Part shown: positions 6,954 to 10,833 of the stretch, one piece after another
Layout: each line of letters begins with the position of its first letter
Position numbering within the stretch: position 1 is the stretch's first letter
Assembly: GCA_003133025.1 (NCBI GenBank)
Contig: PKZK01000151.1
Span: 1 to 10,833, forward strand
Reading direction: 5' to 3'
DNA length: 10,833 bases
From: Vulcanimicrobiota bacterium
GTDB taxonomy: Bacteria; Vulcanimicrobiota; Vulcanimicrobiia; Vulcanimicrobiales; Vulcanimicrobiaceae
Made by a program: the position numbers and the translations under genes
Notes under the pieces: generated by a model
Databases searched by the model: none
Seen by the model: only the letters and a program-made list of their open reading frames with translations
What the model was told of the DNA's origin: nothing

Positions 6954-7813
6954 CAGCGCAGGCCCGCCTTGGCGTAGGGCGCGATCGCGATGCGTTCGTC
7001 GCGGATGAAGGCGACCTCGGGCTCGCGCGCCTTGTGCTTCACGTCGTCGGCCGCGATGCAGGTCGCGATGCGGAGTTGCGTCGGCGCGAGTTCGAGGGCG
7101 GCGACGCGCGCCGCAGTATCGCCCTGCGCGCCGGCGTGCGCCGTGCCGCGCAACGCGCCGAAGACCAGGATGTCGCCGCTGGCGACGAGTTCCGCGCCGG
7201 GGTTGACGTCGCCCACCACGACGATGTTACCGATCTGCTGCAATATCTGTCCCCCGCGCAAGGTACCGCGATGATAGAGCGTGGCGGGCGTGCCCGGCGT
7301 GACCGTGAGAACGGGCGGCGCGATGGTTGGCCCTGCGGACGCGGCGCCCGCACGAATTGCGGCCGCCTTGGCGAAATCGGGCTTGGCCACCGACGTCTCG
7401 CCGCGCGCCCGGCGCCGCGCGATGTCCTCGCGCGCTCCGGCGAAGTCGGCTTCCAGCGAACGCGCCCGTTCGGTCAGCGCGGCGACGACCTTTCGCGGGC
7501 GGCGCTGGCCGAGCGAGGTGACCACCGGCCGCGGCGGCTCGCCCAAATACGCCAAGGCGTGGCGTTCGGCGAACGGGCCGAGTTCGGCCGCGCCGTACAC
7601 GCCGTGCAGGTCGATGCCGTGCGCGCGGACCGTGTCGAGAAAGCCCGCGAACGCGTCGCTCTCGAGGGGCGCGCCCTGGAAGATCGCCGTGGCGCGGCTG
7701 CCGCGGTAGAAATCCGGTCGCTCGGAGAGGCGCGCGGTCAGGTCGGAGAGCACGGCGTCGCCGGCGTCCGCCGCAAAGACGAACTCGAGACCTGACTTAG
7801 TGCCGCGCAGCAT
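6953..7813 (-). CDS. minC: Septum site-determining protein MinC, 286 aa
   Basis: N-terminal LRGTKSGL (cf. IKGTKDGL) and DFYRGS. C-terminal beta-helix motifs GTLRGGQ, IVVVGDVNPGAELVASGDILVFGALRGTAHAGAQGD, LAPTQLRIA and PEVAFI. Translationally coupled to minD. Confidence 0.92.
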   Translation of the reverse strand: MLRGTKSGLEFVFAADAGDAVLSDLTARLSERPDFYRGSRATAIFQGAPLESDAFAGFLDTVRAHGIDLHGVYGAAELGPFAERHALAYLGEPPRPVVTSLGQRRPRKVVAALTERARSLEADFAGAREDIARRRARGETSVAKPDFAKAAAIRAGAASAGPTIAPPVLTVTPGTPATLYHRGTLRGGQILQQIGNIVVVGDVNPGAELVASGDILVFGALRGTAHAGAQGDTAARVAALELAPTQLRIATCIAADDVKHKAREPEVAFIRDERIAIAPYAKAGLR

Positions 7814-8022
7814 GCTGCGGACGGGTGGCCGCTTGGATCATGGACGCTCAGCATCCGGCACGGGCGACGGCGCGCCCTCCGGCCTCCACACTCGATTCAC
7901 AGGTATCTCCGCTTACTCACACGGCTATGCGCACGCGGCTCACCGGCCCGGCCGCTCTGCCGGGTATCGGCCCCGGCCCCGGCGAATGGACGACGACTTC
8001 CCCGCACGCCGAGGTTGAGCGC

Positions 8023-10035
8023 ATGCTGTTTCGTCGTATGGTCCCTGCCGGGCTCATTCTCTCGATGTTGGCCGCGGGCATTCCCGCGCCCGCATCGGCG
8101 ACCTCCACGCCTTCCGAAATCGCGCAGGCGAAAGAGATCGACAAGCAGGTGCTGGAGCAGTACAACGTCGTGTCGGATCCGCTGCTCAACCAGTGGGTCA
8201 ACGAAGTCGGACAGACGCTCTGGACCGAAGCCGCCCGCAAGGACGTGCCCTACAACGTCAAGATCCTCGACGCACAGGACATCAACGCGTTCACGATCGG
8301 CGGCGGCTACATCTACGTCAACGAGGGCACGATCGACTTCGTGCAGTCCGACGACGAGTTGGCGGGCGTGGTCGGTCACGAGACGGGCCACAACGAACGC
8401 CGGCATACGGTCACGCTGCCGGCCAAGGCCCAGGCGCTCGACCTCATCTTCGGGATCGCCTCGCTCTTCTCGCCCTTCATCTATCAGTTCGGGCAGTTGA
8501 TCGAAGCCGGCATCATCGCCAAGCAGTCGCGCGCCGACGAGTTGCAGGCCGACCAGTACGGCCTCATGCTGATGACCCGCGCGGGGTACGATCCCGATGC
8601 GATGGTCTCATTCATGCAACATCTGGGCGCGGTGCACGACGAGCGCCCGAGCGTGGTCGACAAGTATTTCGAAGATCACCCCGGCTTCCCGGATCGCGTG
8701 AAGCACCTCGTCGGTTATCCGCAGCTCGACCCCACGAAGCGCACGACCGAGCAGAAGCTGGTGCAGGCGATCCACGATCAAGACACGGCGCGCTATTCGA
8801 TCGCCGCGCGCAAGTTCGCCGAAGTCCTCAAGGAAGATCCGGGCAACCCGATCGCGCTCTTGCACCTCGGCCAAGCGCAGATTGCGCTCGGACAAACCGA
8901 GAAGAGCCAGCAGACCTTGGCCGAAGCCGCCGAAAAGGGCACGCCCGAGACGCGCACGGCCGCGCTCTCCAACATCAAGGCGCTCAACGAGAGCCAGTCG
9001 CGCTTCACGCTGACCCGGCCGAACCTCGCGCCGCTGCGCGCCTCGCTCGACGCCGCCAAGGCGCGCGAAGCGCAGACGGTCGCCGCGATTGCCGTCCGTC
9101 ACGATGCGGGCCGCGACTCGATCAAGTCGATTCAGGCGCGCATCCAAGACATCACCTACGGGCTGCCCGATTTCAGCCGCATTCAGGTGCGGCGCGGCAG
9201 CCGGCTCGACGCAGTGATGCGCAACCTCAATGCGATGGGCCGCTCGATCGACGCCTCGTTTACGAAGTCGTCGGCCACGATCGCGGGCGTGGGCTCGATG
9301 GAGAAAAACAAAGAGAGCGGCCTGCTCAAGGAAAACGCCGACATCTTCAAAGAGCTCTCCGCGCCGCTCGAACTGGATCCCGTGCCCGCGCAATCGCTGG
9401 CCGTGCTGCCCAGCTACCCGCGCATGTTCGACGATCTGGCCTCCACCGATAGCGACGCGATCCGCGCGATCGATGCGGCGCGTTCTTCGCTCGCGCTGCT
9501 CGACGTGACGCTCGGCGATCTCGACGCGTTCATCAAGCGCATCTCGCGCACCGAACTCGGCTTCGCGGGCGACATCTCGCAGGCCGACTACGACGCGCTC
9601 GTGCCCCTGATGCAGAAAGCCGGCGCAGGCTTCTCCAAAGCCGCGGTCGCGGGCTCGCAATCCGAACAGCTCTTCGACATGGCGCACTCGCGGCAGATCC
9701 AGACGCGCATCACGATGCTCGGCGTGGGCTATCCCGAAGATCGCTACGCCTCGTTCCAGAAAGCGTTGCACCAGCGCGTCAAGAACGACGGCTTGGACAT
9801 GGCGACGATGACCCGCGACGACCTCACGCCGGGCGAAGTCGCCACCGCCGCGATCGTCGCCGCCGACACCAACACCACGCCGCAAGCGATCGTCGACGAA
9901 GCGAAGGCCACGAAACGCACGGTCGTCGACTTGGCCAACTCGCGCGGCATGCACGCCAAGGCACTGGAAATCTTCCTCGGTTTGGTCTATCTCGATTACA
10001 CCGACGATCCGGAGAAAGAAGCTCACGGGCACTGA
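8023..10035 (+). CDS. Secreted M48-family zinc metalloprotease (BepA/YfgC-like) with a TPR-like segment and long helical C-terminal region, 670 aa
   Basis: GAGG at 8011-8014 precedes ATG 8023. Signal peptide MLFRRMVPAGLILSMLAAGIPAPASA. INAFTIGGGYIYV, ELAGVVGHETGH (HExxH), SRADELQADQYG, AGYDPDAM and HPGFPDRV. TPR-like AARKFAEVLKEDPGNPIALLHLGQAQIALGQTEKS. Confidence 0.88.
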   Translation: MLFRRMVPAGLILSMLAAGIPAPASATSTPSEIAQAKEIDKQVLEQYNVVSDPLLNQWVNEVGQTLWTEAARKDVPYNVKILDAQDINAFTIGGGYIYVNEGTIDFVQSDDELAGVVGHETGHNERRHTVTLPAKAQALDLIFGIASLFSPFIYQFGQLIEAGIIAKQSRADELQADQYGLMLMTRAGYDPDAMVSFMQHLGAVHDERPSVVDKYFEDHPGFPDRVKHLVGYPQLDPTKRTTEQKLVQAIHDQDTARYSIAARKFAEVLKEDPGNPIALLHLGQAQIALGQTEKSQQTLAEAAEKGTPETRTAALSNIKALNESQSRFTLTRPNLAPLRASLDAAKAREAQTVAAIAVRHDAGRDSIKSIQARIQDITYGLPDFSRIQVRRGSRLDAVMRNLNAMGRSIDASFTKSSATIAGVGSMEKNKESGLLKENADIFKELSAPLELDPVPAQSLAVLPSYPRMFDDLASTDSDAIRAIDAARSSLALLDVTLGDLDAFIKRISRTELGFAGDISQADYDALVPLMQKAGAGFSKAAVAGSQSEQLFDMAHSRQIQTRITMLGVGYPEDRYASFQKALHQRVKNDGLDMATMTRDDLTPGEVATAAIVAADTNTTPQAIVDEAKATKRTVVDLANSRGMHAKALEIFLGLVYLDYTDDPEKEAHGH

Positions 10036-10833
10036 TTTCAAGGCGGCCAGCATCGGTGCGGCCGACCTCCTCACCCTCGTCCGCAAGAGCGTCGGCGCGA
10101 CCAGCGTCGGGGCCGACGCGCGACGGCCGTTCCGGTTCTTTCTCTGCGGCGATCCCGGCCTCGTCGCGGAGTTGCGCGCGCTACTCTTACAGGATTACGA
10201 CGCGACGATCGCCTTCGACGCGCCCGCGACGCTCGAGACGATCGACCCGCTCGGACGGCCGACGGTCATCGGTCCCGATGCCCGCGCGGTCATCTTTCTG
10301 GGCCGTCCCGGCGATCAGGAAGGCGCGCACATGGACCTGTTGCGCCGGCTCAACCTGCCGATCTTCGCGCTGACGGTTGATCCGGTCGCCGCTGCAGCCT
10401 ATCCGCTCGCTGCGCCCGACGTCGGCGAAACCGGCGCATACACGGTCGCCAAGATCGATCGCGAGTCGCTGCGCGTCAAATTCTTCCCGCACCTGATCGA
10501 CCGGTGCAAGGGCATCGAGATCGCCGTGGGCCGGCGTCTCCCGGTGTTGCGTGAAACCGTCGCCGCAAAGTTGACCCGCGACGCGGCAACCTCCGCGCTC
10601 AAGATCGCCGCGGCCAGCGCCATCGTCGATTACGTGCCGCTGTTCGGCGTGGTGCTCGGCATCGTCGTCTCCGCGGGCGACACCGTGGCCATAACCGGAT
10701 TGCAGATCGTGCTGATGATGCAGATCGGCGCGGCGTACGGCAAGGACCCCGACGTGGCCCGCATCTGGGAGCTGCTGCCGGTCGTTGGCGGCGGACTCGG
10801 CTGGCGCGCCCTCTCGCGCGAACTCTCCGGCTT
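10025..10833 (+). CDS. DUF697/YcjF-like membrane-associated protein, 3'-truncated by the window edge; start codon uncertain
   Basis: Absent from the ORF track because it has no stop in the window. My translation is open to the end with strong GC3 bias: TGTDFKAASIGAADLLTLVRKS...EIAVGRRLPVLRETVAAKLTRDAATSALKIAAASAIVDYVPLFGVVLGIVVSAGDTVAITGLQIVLMMQIGAAYGKDPDVARIWELLPVVGGGLGWRALSRELSG. The P...D...IT.LQ..M...I..AYG...R..EL..V.GGG..WR.L.R.L pattern is DUF697-like. Confidence 0.75.

Noticed and set aside
7825..8022. Extended 736-aa start for the M48 protease
   Set aside because: ATG 8023 has a GAGG RBS and begins a clean signal peptide. The longer start would fill the divergent promoter region and bury the signal peptide.
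7814..8022. Specific promoter boxes or an RNA element in the minC/M48 divergent gap
   Set aside because: Promoters are likely here, but I found no convincing -35/-10 pair, and the GC-rich CCCCGG repeats are expected at this composition.
8193..10086. 419-aa plus-strand ORF (8193..9452) and 492-aa minus-strand ORF (8608..10086)
   Set aside because: Off-frame and antisense shadows of the M48 protease gene.
10056..10623. Short track ORFs 10056..10373 (+), 10187..10492 (-) and 10399..10623 (-)
   Set aside because: They overlap the better-supported DUF697-like frame that runs from about 10025 to the window end.

Overview
The window has two compositionally distinct parts. Bases 1-~3600 are lower-GC accessory DNA (about 50-57% by eye). 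They hold the degraded 3' end of an IS1182-like transposase with its probable right end, and a 938-aa secreted, cysteine-paired beta-helix protein of pectate-lyase-3/tailspike-like design. Bases ~3620-10833 are high-GC core bacterial DNA (about 67%). The minus strand carries an unusual operon, minC-minD-minD-minE-rodA, with two divergent but motif-complete MinD paralogues, a MinC with a very long linker and a MinE with a ~90-aa disordered tail ending in a polybasic motif. Divergent from it are a secreted M48 (BepA/YfgC-like) metalloprotease with a TPR-like segment and long helical tail, and a DUF697/YcjF-like gene that runs off the window, is missing from the ORF track and lacks a canonical start codon at its apparent 5' end. 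The best candidate for an undescribed system is the two-MinD Min system. The gene style tentatively suggests a high-GC soil lineage such as Vulcanimicrobiota (Eremiobacterota); this is an unverified inference.
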